Below are positions 1 through 7,588 of a stretch of 54,126 nucleotides of DNA, one piece after another. The translations under genes and the position numbers were made by a program. Numbering within the stretch: the first letter of the stretch is position 1; every line of letters starts with the position of its first letter. This stretch comes from Candidatus Omnitrophota bacterium (GTDB lineage: Bacteria; Omnitrophota; Gorgyraeia; Gygaellales; Profunditerraquicolaceae): NCBI GenBank assembly GCA_049517335.1, contig JBEKSD010000017.1:1-54126 (forward strand), read 5' to 3'. The notes under the pieces were generated by a model. It saw only the letters and a list, made by a program, of their open reading frames with translations, did no database searches and was not told the DNA's origin.

Positions 1-219
1 GTGAACTGGATACGCCAAGTAGAGTATTTGAAAACTGAGAACAAGATCTTGCGAAACAGGTTGACTAAGAAAACTAGGCTTACCCCTAGTGAATAACAAC
101 AGATCTTACGCTACGATAGACCATTGGGTGATTCCATTAAGAAGATTATCACCATTACAAGCTACCAGACATTTCGTAGGTGGTTTTTTAAAACTTTTTG
201 TGATATTTATATAGGGTGA
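1..219 (+). pseudogene. N-terminal fragment of an integrase-core (DDE) transposase, with an internal stop
   Basis: Frame 1 reads RQVEYLKTENKILRNRLTKETRLTPSE*QQILRYDRPLGDSIKKIITITSYQTFRRW. From memory this resembles the YLK.EN.ILR...TF.RW N-terminus of integrase-core transposases seen in PVC bacteria. In-frame TAA at 94-96 and no catalytic domain follows. Confidence 0.5.
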
Positions 220-232
220 GTTTTGTTTATTT

Positions 233-1249
233 TTAATTTGTATTCTCCCGGCAGAAATTCAAAAATGTCTCTGCATTTTTTTTGAGGTCATAACTAATGG
301 CAAAGGAATAAGTTCTAGATTGAGACACAGCCTTGACGGTGTTTTTCAACCTGGAAAACAAGACCGGGCTTTTTTTAAGAAACCCCCAAAAGCCTCTTTG
401 AATCAAAAATTCAGCTCCTTCGTATAATCCTATCCCGAAAACACAATTTTCTACAAATTGCTTGAACGCGCTATATTTAGATATTGGCTTAATAAAGGAT
501 CTATTGCCTAAACACCTCACGCCGCAAAATATATACTGGACGCCAAGGGGCTTTTGGGCAATTTTATCTTTGAAAACATCTATATCTATCATATACTTCG
601 GTCTAAAGCCCATTCTTTCAACAAGATGCAAATGCTCATCCGGAATATCCTGTGGTCTATCCTCAGCCAGCACACCGATCCTGATAGGAAAAGGAAGCAT
701 CTGACCAGTAGCATCAAGCAGAGGAGAATCTTCCGATACCAGCTTAACAGCTCCATTTTTAATAAGGTCCAAAAGAAGAGTGGTTTTGCCTCCGCCGCTA
801 GGTAAGAGGATTAAAATGGCTTTGTTGTTGACTTCAAGTCCAAGGCCATGGACCCTGTGGAGACCTCTTAAACCAAGGTTTTGACCAACCAACGCCAGAA
901 TATATAAATAGACGATCTCATGCCTTAAATGCGGCTCAGGACAAAATACCTTATAAATATTTTTACGCCGGTCTATGACAGCTAAACCCCTGCTAAAATA
1001 ATCGATAAAGGTTAGGTCTTTGTATCTATAGCGAATATTGTGATTGGTGTATGAATGTGCCTTGACAGGAGGAAATTGGCTATAATCAGGCGCTTCATTG
1101 GAAATTTCAAAAAATACCTTAGCGGCCACACTGTCGCTTAAAAAAAACGAATAATCTCTCTGTATATTTTGCAGAGTCTCTCTGTCTTGGCAATTTACTT
1201 CTATGCCAAAGCCGTAAAAAGAAAACTTGCATGTGTAAAGAATATCCAT
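233..1249 (-). CDS. HPr-kinase-like P-loop protein
   Basis: 338 aa; HGLGL...LPSGGGKTT Walker A followed by LVSED, typical of HprK-related kinases. Confidence 0.55.
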   Translation of the reverse strand: MDILYTCKFSFYGFGIEVNCQDRETLQNIQRDYSFFLSDSVAAKVFFEISNEAPDYSQFPPVKAHSYTNHNIRYRYKDLTFIDYFSRGLAVIDRRKNIYKVFCPEPHLRHEIVYLYILALVGQNLGLRGLHRVHGLGLEVNNKAILILLPSGGGKTTLLLDLIKNGAVKLVSEDSPLLDATGQMLPFPIRIGVLAEDRPQDIPDEHLHLVERMGFRPKYMIDIDVFKDKIAQKPLGVQYIFCGVRCLGNRSFIKPISKYSAFKQFVENCVFGIGLYEGAEFLIQRGFWGFLKKSPVLFSRLKNTVKAVSQSRTYSFAISYDLKKNAETFLNFCRENTN

Positions 1250-1270
1250 TTTAAAAATACTCTATTCCGT

Positions 1271-2143
1271 TTAATATCTTTTGGCCATTGCCCATAATAA
1301 CCCCGCCCTCCAGGAAAGCTCAGACACAAGGATAAAACAGGCCTCACCTACTGGTCTTTTTATAAATTGAAACAGCATCCAAAATGGAAATACTAGCCAA
1401 TTCTTCAGGTGCATACTCTCGAACATAATATCGTTTCTAACAAAACCACTTTTTTTGTATTTCCTATAGATCTGAAAAGACCAAAAAGCCCGAACAAAGT
1501 TTGTTTTTATTGTGCTTTTTAGAGACGTGCGATGAAAATGCCCTACCCTTACAAGAGGAAGATAGCGTATCCTATTTTTCATGGTGATTCTTATACCAAG
1601 GTCCAGGTCATCCATCACGTTAATCTCAGAGTCAAACATCAGTTCTTTCATCAGTTTTTCTCTTATTGCAGAATTTTTTGTATCAATTGTAGAGGTATAT
1701 TCTTCATAGCCACAACGTTGCATATAAAGCTGGTCTCTTTTCTGAATATTTTTTGTCCAGTAATTCTTTACCAAGTCCTCTTCGAAACCAGCGGTTGCAT
1801 CCTCGCCCTCAAGCCGTATAGGCCGGGTAATCTCTTCGATCCAGCAATACGGACAGACGCAATCCGCATCCGTAAAGATAAGGATATCCCCCCGGACTAG
1901 CCTGACTCCTTCGTTTCTAGCAACCGCTGTTGAACGTCTTTCGGCAAAAGCATATATTACTCTCCCTTCATTTTTTTTAAAACTGTATATGATCTCCTTG
2001 GTTTTATCCGTGGAGTTGTTATCCACGACAATAACTTCGTAATTCTTATATGATTGGTTTAAAACGGAGTTTAAACATATCCGCAATGTTTTTTCCCCAT
2101 TATAGACCGGAATAATCACAGAAACCTTTGGCTCAGGTTCCAC
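1271..2143 (-). CDS. Glycosyltransferase family 2
   Basis: VSVIIPVYN, VVDNNSTD and FTDAD motifs. Confidence 0.92.
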   Translation of the reverse strand: MEPEPKVSVIIPVYNGEKTLRICLNSVLNQSYKNYEVIVVDNNSTDKTKEIIYSFKKNEGRVIYAFAERRSTAVARNEGVRLVRGDILIFTDADCVCPYCWIEEITRPIRLEGEDATAGFEEDLVKNYWTKNIQKRDQLYMQRCGYEEYTSTIDTKNSAIREKLMKELMFDSEINVMDDLDLGIRITMKNRIRYLPLVRVGHFHRTSLKSTIKTNFVRAFWSFQIYRKYKKSGFVRNDIMFESMHLKNWLVFPFWMLFQFIKRPVGEACFILVSELSWRAGLLWAMAKRY

Positions 2144-2321
2144 AGAAACCTTCTATCTGTTCTTTGATTTTTTTTATGAAAACTCCTGTGTCAAATTTCT
2201 TTGCTTGTTCTATGTAAGCATCTTTATACTTTTGAATATCTTTCGCCATCGCCTTTATAGCACCAACTAATTTATCAACATTGATATCATCGATGAGTTT
2301 TCCTGTAGCCTGCCCGTGCAA
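2133..2321 (-). pseudogene. C-terminal remnant of a GT4-type glycosyltransferase
   Basis: G..TG.L...L..AI...AKKFD...F resembles a GT4 C-terminus; overlaps the GT2 start; no intact N-terminal part upstream. Confidence 0.5.
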
Positions 2322-2429
2322 ATATTAGGTATAATTATACCCTCCGTTTCTGCGATGAGGTTCGAAGCTATTTCAGAAATTCACAAGCCACACTATAACA
2401 TAAAATCTTCAGTCCGCAAATGATTTAAG

Positions 2430-2660
2430 GCACCATGCATTGGCCGCTGGCTTCCAACTAATGCAGTGCGGGTTCGGCTCGGCTTGGGGCTGGCGGCTGG
2501 GCGACGGCGGCCGCCAGCCCCAGCATCCTCGCTTCAAGTCGTAATTAGCGCAGGCTCGTTCGCTATGCCGCAATCCCCACAGGAGGTGGGGCACTTGTCC
2601 ACCAAATAGGGCAAGGTGCAACAAATAAAAACTCGGCGGTGCGGCATGCCGAGCCTCTTG
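2430..2660. other. GC-rich multi-hairpin element (candidate structured RNA or DNA site)
   Basis: Perfect IR TGGGGCTGGCGGC 2485-2497/2510-2522, long-range pairs 2552-2558/2650-2656 and 2565-2572/2640-2647, and hairpins 2575-2591 and 2591-2619, all within AT-rich surroundings. Confidence 0.5.
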
Positions 2661-2916
2661 CAATAAAACATCGGTAATTTCTTCTTTAACTTTGACGAAG
2701 GCTACCGCAGGAAACCTGATGCAAAAATCACCCCAAATAAAAACTCCACCCAAAACCAACACCCAAGCCAAAGATGAAGTCAAAGAAAGCAAAAAAAGAA
2801 AATTAATAAAAATAACGCACCAATCCTCCAGACAGAGAAAAACAGGGTTGGAAATGACTAAAAAGGAGTTGCTTAAAACTCAGGTTTTTGTAATTTTTAG
2901 ACTCACAATTTTGGAA

Positions 2917-2963
2917 TTTGTGGTAGAATATCTTGCAGAGGGTTTTTGTTTGGAGTAAAATAA
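2917..2963 (-). repeat. Partial cassette-junction repeat (half hairpin), left end of the array
   Basis: TGTGGTAGAATATCTTGCAGAGGGTTTTTGTTTGGAGTAAAATAA matches the right half of the 3386-3430 junction; left arm and core are missing. Confidence 0.75.
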
Positions 2964-2983
2964 TATAACAAAAAGGAGGAGAG

Positions 2984-3145
2984 ATGAGGATATTTTTTGC
3001 TATCCTTTTATTTTTATATGCTGCTTGGCAGATATTTACTTTCGTAGGTGCTCCTAATAAAGGGCAGGCAATAGGGCAAATAATTTGGGCTTTATTGGCA
3101 ATCGCAGGTGGAATATATTTAGTGAGAAAGGTCAAGAGCAAATAA
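2984..3145 (+). CDS. Small two-TM membrane protein, 53 aa (cassette gene, absent from the ORF track)
   Basis: AGGAGG RBS then MRIFFAILLFLYAAWQIFTFVGAPNKGQAIGQIIWALLAIAGGIYLVRKVKSK*; flanked by junction repeats. Confidence 0.75.
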   Translation: MRIFFAILLFLYAAWQIFTFVGAPNKGQAIGQIIWALLAIAGGIYLVRKVKSK

Positions 3146-3260
3146 TTCTCCATACAGTTTCTCCGCCTCTTCCGTAGCACAAAAAGTTCTTCCCGCCAAA
3201 AAGAGTCGGGATTTTGCTAAACAAAAGATTAAGGTTCTCAAAAACTCGTCCAATAGGAAA
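3119..3260 (-). repeat. Inverted recombinase-tail repeat (type A) with a 51-nt in-frame insertion
   Basis: Minus strand reads FLLDEF[LRTLIFCLAKSRLFLAG]RTFCATEEAEKLYGELFALDLSH*; homologous to 5409-5492. Confidence 0.75.
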
Positions 3261-3284
3261 TAGGGCAAATTAGTGTAAATTTAG

Positions 3285-3430
3285 CTAAATTAACGCAATT
3301 TCCTTTGAAAGGTCATAAGAGAGGATAGCTTCCTTACTCATTAAAAAGTTATTAAACTCGTCCAATAGGGAGAGATTGACTTCCTAACCCTCTGTGATAG
3401 AATATATTGCAGAGGTTTTTTTGCTTGGAA
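3285..3430 (-). repeat. Inverted cassette junction: 33-bp hairpin (3386-3418), 11 bp, core CTCTCC (3374-3369) and type C tail
   Basis: Near-identical to the reverse complement of 5360-5430; tail reads LSLLDEFNNFLMSKEAILSYDLSKEIALI*. Confidence 0.85.
3376..3403 (+). promoter_or_regulatory. Sigma70-like promoter inside the junction, facing the TPR gene
   Basis: TTGACT-16 bp-TAGAAT with TG extended -10; the same motif is on the minus strand at 5380-5407 and 7438-7465. Confidence 0.6.
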
Positions 3431-3450
3431 TAAAAAACGAGGAGAAAAAG

Positions 3451-4731
3451 ATGAAACTCCAGAGTTCCAAAATAATGATGTTTATTTTAATAGGAGTATT
3501 ATTTTTAAGCGTTTCTTCTGTTTTTGCCGAAACTATTCTCCTTAAAACAGGAAAAACTATAGAAGGCAAAATTATTGAGAAAACCGATAAATACATCAAG
3601 ATAGACATAGCAGGAGTATCTGTGCCTTATTTTTTAAATGAGATTGATACTATTGATGGAAAGCAACTAAGCGCATCAAAAGAAATATCTACAGCTACTC
3701 ATGTTCCCTCAGAGAAAACGCTTGAGGTTAATTCCGGAGTTAATAATAACGAAGCTAAATCTTACTATGATCGTGGAGTTACCTATGCCACAGCAGGTAA
3801 CTTTAATCAAGCTATCGGATACTTTAATAAAGCGATAGAATTAAAACCTGACTATGCCGATGCTTGGGGTGGCAGAGGCATGTCTTATTCTTCGAAAGGC
3901 GACTTTGACCAAGCCTTATCTGATTTTAATAAAGTGATAGAGATTAATCCCGAATCTGCCAAAGCTTATTACTGGATAGGAGTTATTTACGGCAGGAAGG
4001 GGGATTCAGATAGAGCTATTTCTGCATTTAACAAGGCAATAGAAAGAGATTCTAAGCACGCAGAGCCTTACGTCAATCGCAGTCTCGCCTATTTTTACAA
4101 GCGGGAATACGATAAGGCCTGGGAAGATGTGCATAAAGCAGGGGAGTTGGGATTCAAGGTAAATCCTAAATTTATTGAAGATTTAGAAAAAGCTTCCGGA
4201 AAAGGGAATATCAGGAGTTCATCTATGGAAGAGAAAGAAGTTCATACTAGAAGCGATGCAGGTGCGCATTTAAGTTACGCAGAAGATTATTTAAAGGCTA
4301 TGCAACCTCAAAAAGCACTAAAAGAATTTCAAAAGGCTTCAGAGATAGACCCGAATAACGCCATAGCTTATGTAGGCATAGGCCACGTCTATATGCTTTT
4401 GAAAGAGAAAGAAAAAGCTTTGGCTAATTTTCAAAAAGCAATCAATATGGCTCCTAGCGAACCTGAAATTTACCTGCGCATGGGCATAGTTTATGCTTCT
4501 TTGCATGAACATGAAAAAGCAATTGAAAATATGACGAAAGCAATCTCTTTAAACCCTAATTATGCTAAGGCATACTTAAGTCTTGGTTTCCTTTACCGTG
4601 AAAGTAAAGAATACGAAAAAGCTAAGGGAAATTTTCAAAAAGCTAGAGAACTGTATCAGAATTTAGGTGAGAAACAGGCGGTTCAAAATACAGATAAACT
4701 TATTAACGAGCTTTCTCTCGGGCAACAATAG
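3451..4731 (+). CDS. Secreted tetratricopeptide-repeat protein (cassette gene)
   Basis: GAGGAG RBS before ATG 3451; signal peptide ending VFA; many TPRs (A..Y..RG..Y...G.F.QAI..FNKAIEL.P). Confidence 0.9.
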   Translation: MKLQSSKIMMFILIGVLFLSVSSVFAETILLKTGKTIEGKIIEKTDKYIKIDIAGVSVPYFLNEIDTIDGKQLSASKEISTATHVPSEKTLEVNSGVNNNEAKSYYDRGVTYATAGNFNQAIGYFNKAIELKPDYADAWGGRGMSYSSKGDFDQALSDFNKVIEINPESAKAYYWIGVIYGRKGDSDRAISAFNKAIERDSKHAEPYVNRSLAYFYKREYDKAWEDVHKAGELGFKVNPKFIEDLEKASGKGNIRSSSMEEKEVHTRSDAGAHLSYAEDYLKAMQPQKALKEFQKASEIDPNNAIAYVGIGHVYMLLKEKEKALANFQKAINMAPSEPEIYLRMGIVYASLHEHEKAIENMTKAISLNPNYAKAYLSLGFLYRESKEYEKAKGNFQKARELYQNLGEKQAVQNTDKLINELSLGQQ

Positions 4732-4817
4732 AGAATTAAAAAAGTATTCTCGTCTAGTTAAATAAGGAAATTCAAGTGATTTTTGGTGATGAAGAATTAG
4801 CAAACTAAAGGAGTAGT

Positions 4818-4986
4818 TTAAACAACCATAACCAGTTCTTTATACAGTTTATCCCCCTCCTTTTCGTAGCACAAAAAGTTCTAACTTCGTTCAACAGGAC
4901 AAATTAGTATAAATTAGCTGAATTAGCGCAAATTCCTTTGAAAGGTCATAAAAGAGGGCAGCTTCCGTACTGATTAGAAAGTCAAA
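4818..4986 (-). repeat. Degenerate inverted type C plus type A tails (second copy of the 3146-3350 block)
   Basis: 4890-4980 matches 3263-3350 (CAAATTAGT...TTCCTTTGAAAGGTCATAA.AGAGG..AGCTTCC.TACT.ATTA.AAAGT); 4830-4882 matches 3146-3190; the type A tail is frameshifted. Confidence 0.8.
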
Positions 4987-5070
4987 CTCCCCCTATATGA
5001 CACGTTTCGCAACTGGCTGATGACAGGGGAGGCTGAGGGAATATGTAAAGAACTGGCTATGATTACTTAG
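4987..5070 (+). repeat. Junction core CTCCCC plus type B tail; meeting point of the two array arms
   Basis: Reads LPLYDTFRNWLMTGEAEGICKELAMIT*; highly similar to 6879-6962. Confidence 0.85.
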
Positions 5071-5121
5071 ACTGCTCCTCTACTTGAGCTAATCACTTAA
5101 AGCAACTATTTTCTGTTTCGT

Positions 5122-5307
5122 TCATTTTTTATTTTTGTTTCTCAACACAATCCAGATTCCTATTACAATTAGGATTCCGCAGATTACAAGAGCAGCTGAA
5201 GATTTTGGACCAATAAGAAATAATGTATGCTTAATACTTTTATATATCGTAACGCTTATTAAAACCAAAAAACTGAATAAAATCAAAAATATACCAGTTG
5301 TTCGCAT
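5122..5307 (-). CDS. Small two-TM membrane protein, 61 aa (cassette gene)
   Basis: Two hydrophobic segments; GGGAGAGG RBS; lies between junctions. Confidence 0.75.
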   Translation of the reverse strand: MRTTGIFLILFSFLVLISVTIYKSIKHTLFLIGPKSSAALVICGILIVIGIWIVLRNKNKK

Positions 5308-5354
5308 TTTCCTCTCCCTTTTTAATTATACCTCTTTCCATTTCAAAATGGTAT

Positions 5355-5492
5355 AAAAAACAAAAACCCTCTACAATATATTCTATCACAGAGGGTTAGG
5401 AAGTCAATCTCCCCATAATGGACGAGTTTAGAACTTTTTATGCTACGGAAGAGGTAGAGAAACTATGCCAAGAACTGGCTATGGTTACTTAA
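5355..5492 (+). repeat. Cassette junction: hairpin 5365-5397, 11 bp, core 5409-5414 and type A tail
   Basis: AACCCTCTACAA-9-TCACAGAGGGTT; tail reads LPIMDEFRTFYATEEVEKLCQELAMVT*. Confidence 0.9.
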
Positions 5493-5958
5493 ACTGATCC
5501 TTTACTTTGGGACGGGTGAAGAAATAAATCACGCAAATTGCAAAACCAATATCAATAGCCCAAGCTAATATAGCTGAAGTCCACAATAGTGAAGAGTGAA
5601 AATGTTGCGAAATTGTCGGATTCATAGCCGTCGTTTTTATAGTTTGTTGGTGAATAAAATCAGGTATGTTCTTTAAAACAAAAAAAGGTAGTTGTATAAT
5701 ATAATCAAGAATAACAAGAACCGATAGAAATACGGCAATCTTACGAAAAATATCTTTTAGCCATAATATTCCTACGCCTGAAATAGCCCCCAATATTAAT
5801 AATAGCTTCATAATACAATCTCTTACTATTATTACCGACTCTGGCAATGGCTTCAAAAGAACTGAATAAGAAGATATTCCTACGGGTAATTGAACTAATG
5901 AGCCTAAAATCATTAAAATTCCAAATACTATTATTCCCACCGACCTTTTTTTCTCCAT
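5485..5958 (-). CDS. Four-TM membrane protein (cassette gene), related to 6952..7386
   Basis: Hydrophobic segments; ends FFTRPKVKDQFK*; stop overlaps the junction tail. Confidence 0.8.
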   Translation of the reverse strand: MEKKRSVGIIVFGILMILGSLVQLPVGISSYSVLLKPLPESVIIVRDCIMKLLLILGAISGVGILWLKDIFRKIAVFLSVLVILDYIIQLPFFVLKNIPDFIHQQTIKTTAMNPTISQHFHSSLLWTSAILAWAIDIGFAICVIYFFTRPKVKDQFK

Positions 5959-5974
5959 CTTATCCCCCCTTTTC

Positions 5975-6123
5975 TTTTATTTTACCCCAAACAAAAACTC
6001 CTTGCAACATTTTTTATTGCAAGGGGTTAGAATTAGTGGCTCTCCCTATATGACGCATTTCGCAACTGGTGCATGACGGAGGAGGCAGAGAAATTGTACA
6101 AAGAACTGGCTGTGATTATTTAA
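5975..6123 (+). repeat. Cassette junction: hairpin 5996-6028, 11 bp, core (TGG)CTCTCC 6040-6045 and type B tail
   Basis: AACTCCTTGCAA-9-TTGCAAGGGGTT; tail reads (W)LSLYDAFRNWCMTEEAEKLYKELAVII*. Confidence 0.9.
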
Positions 6124-6800
6124 AAAGCAAAATTCAGGCTTCCGGCTATAGCCGTTGCGTCAAAAAGTTGCCCTTCTATATTAAACCATACTTTTTTGCT
6201 TAAAGGAATATCAGCTCCGATAATCAACCCTACGCTTTTACCTAAATCCGATTTTTCTAATTTTCTTGTGCCATTTGTCCAGTGGATATTATCCATTCGC
6301 GACCATCGCGTACCTATATACGGTGTAATTATAAAAAGTTCGCGCGATATAAGGCAGGAAAATTGCCAGTCATCCAGTACGGCTTTATGTTTTGAACCAT
6401 CGACCGATACGGAATAGGGATGCACGCTGATATGCTGGAATCCAAAAACCACTTTTGTTTTTTCGCTGTTATAAAGCCTTACTCGGAAACCATACCCGCC
6501 CCCTAGAAAAGTGGGGTAATTTATGTCGCCGCCGGTCCCAGAACGCTGTTTTATATTCCCCGCGCCACCTTTTAAGTCTATAGAGAGCCAATCAAAAACC
6601 CCGTATGATAAAAGAAAAAAATTCTGGAGGCTGTGAATCTTTCCGTAGTCTTTTTCTAATTGCCGCTTAAAAACCGAATATGTCTGGAGGCTGGCAAGAA
6701 ATTGGCTCTTTTCAGGCATCCTCGAACCATAACACGGTGCGGCATAGCTCGGACTCGACACACAAAAACAAATTAAAAAACACAGTAAAACCTTCTTCAT
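6120..6800 (-). CDS. Secreted, putative outer-membrane beta-barrel protein (cassette gene)
   Basis: Signal peptide, alternating aromatic/Gly strands and C-terminal Phe (LNFAF*). Confidence 0.65.
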   Translation of the reverse strand: MKKVLLCFLICFCVSSPSYAAPCYGSRMPEKSQFLASLQTYSVFKRQLEKDYGKIHSLQNFFLLSYGVFDWLSIDLKGGAGNIKQRSGTGGDINYPTFLGGGYGFRVRLYNSEKTKVVFGFQHISVHPYSVSVDGSKHKAVLDDWQFSCLISRELFIITPYIGTRWSRMDNIHWTNGTRKLEKSDLGKSVGLIIGADIPLSKKVWFNIEGQLFDATAIAGSLNFAF

Positions 6801-6814
6801 TTCATCCTCAGGCT

Positions 6815-6962
6815 TTTATTTTACCCCAAACAAAAACTCCTTGTAACATTTTTTGCTGCAAGGAGTTAAAAGATTTTTCTCCCCCTGTATGACGCATTTC
6901 GCAACTGGCTGATGACAGGGGAAGCCGAGGAAATATGTAAAGAACTGGCTGCTATTGCTTAA
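6815..6962 (+). repeat. Cassette junction: hairpin 6835-6867, 11 bp, core CTCCCC(CT) 6879-6886 and type B tail
   Basis: AACTCCTTGTAA-9-CTGCAAGGAGTT; AAAGATTTTTCTCCCCCT versus AAAGATTGGCTCCCCCT at the recombinase/tRNA junction; tail reads LPLYDAFRNWLMTGEAEEICKELAAIA*. Confidence 0.9.
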
Positions 6963-7386
6963 ACTGCTCTTTAATCGTTGGACGAGTGAGCTCATAAGTA
7001 ATAAAGGCCAAATACAACATACTAAGACCAAACGTCTTAAAAAATATGGCCAGTGGTCCCCAGATAACAACATTAGCCCCGCGTATTCTTAAAACTTTCA
7101 AAAACATATCAATATTTACCAAAGGAACAAAGATTATTCCCAAGAGTGGGCCAGCTATTCCTGCAACCGAGAACACAATTGCCGATAACCGCATCTTCCA
7201 ATTTAATCTCAGCACTCCATAAGCCAATATCCCATATAATACAAGAAAACCACCCCATCGCAATAGCTCCACCGTTCTCCAAATAACTTTTTCTTCGGAT
7301 AATAGGAGATACCAAGCAAGAACAAACAAAGGATATATAAAAAGCAATGCACCTACTAATTTAACTTCTCTTGATGTCTTTTTCAT
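6952..7386 (-). CDS. Four-TM membrane protein (cassette gene), related to 5485..5958
   Basis: Hydrophobic; ends ELTRPTIKEQFKQ*. Confidence 0.8.
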   Translation of the reverse strand: MKKTSREVKLVGALLFIYPLFVLAWYLLLSEEKVIWRTVELLRWGGFLVLYGILAYGVLRLNWKMRLSAIVFSVAGIAGPLLGIIFVPLVNIDMFLKVLRIRGANVVIWGPLAIFFKTFGLSMLYLAFITYELTRPTIKEQFKQ

Positions 7387-7412
7387 GTCTATACCTTTTC
7401 CCTCGCATTTAC

Positions 7413-7553
7413 CATAAATAAAAACCCTCTATAATATATTCTATCACAGAGGGCTAAGAAGTCAAACTCCCCATCGTGGACGAGTTTAGAACTACTTTAT
7501 TAGCAATTCCTCAAGAGTTTTTATACCACGAATTGCTGGAATCATCAATATAA
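7413..7553 (+). repeat. Junction and left att site of the recombinase element: hairpin 7423-7455, 11 bp, core 7467 and displaced recombinase C-terminus
   Basis: CTCCCCATCGTGGAC is 13/15 identical to tRNA-end CTCCCCCTCGAGGAC (12848-12862); reads LPIVDEFRTTLLAIPQEFLYHELLESSI*. Confidence 0.88.
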
Positions 7554-7588
7554 ATAGCGTATAATTGTTTTAAAGAGGTGATGAAAAA

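Noticed and set aside
2409-3180. ORFs 2409..2792(-), 2692..2958(+) and 2803..3180(-)
   Set aside because: Low-complexity or hairpin-derived translations without clear RBS; the last is antisense to the better-supported 2984..3145 gene.
3394-3450. Extended TPR start at 3394
   Set aside because: It lies inside the junction hairpin/promoter; ATG 3451 has an RBS and gives a clean signal peptide.
5847-6892. ORFs 5847..6053(+) and 6680..6892(+) sharing FILPQTKTPCNIF.CK
   Set aside because: The shared peptide is just the junction hairpin translated; both ORFs are antisense to real cassette genes.
3146-6962. Diversity-generating retroelement TR/VR pairs
   Set aside because: No reverse transcriptase; differences between copies are not confined to adenines.
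2917-7553. CRISPR array
   Set aside because: Repeats are ~140 bp, divergent and separated by whole genes; no cas genes.
3285-7553. Classical integron attC sites
   Set aside because: Palindromes are only 33 bp, lack a proper RYYYAAC/GTTRRRY and L-box layout, and no IntI is present; the repeats match the LSR/tRNA junction instead.
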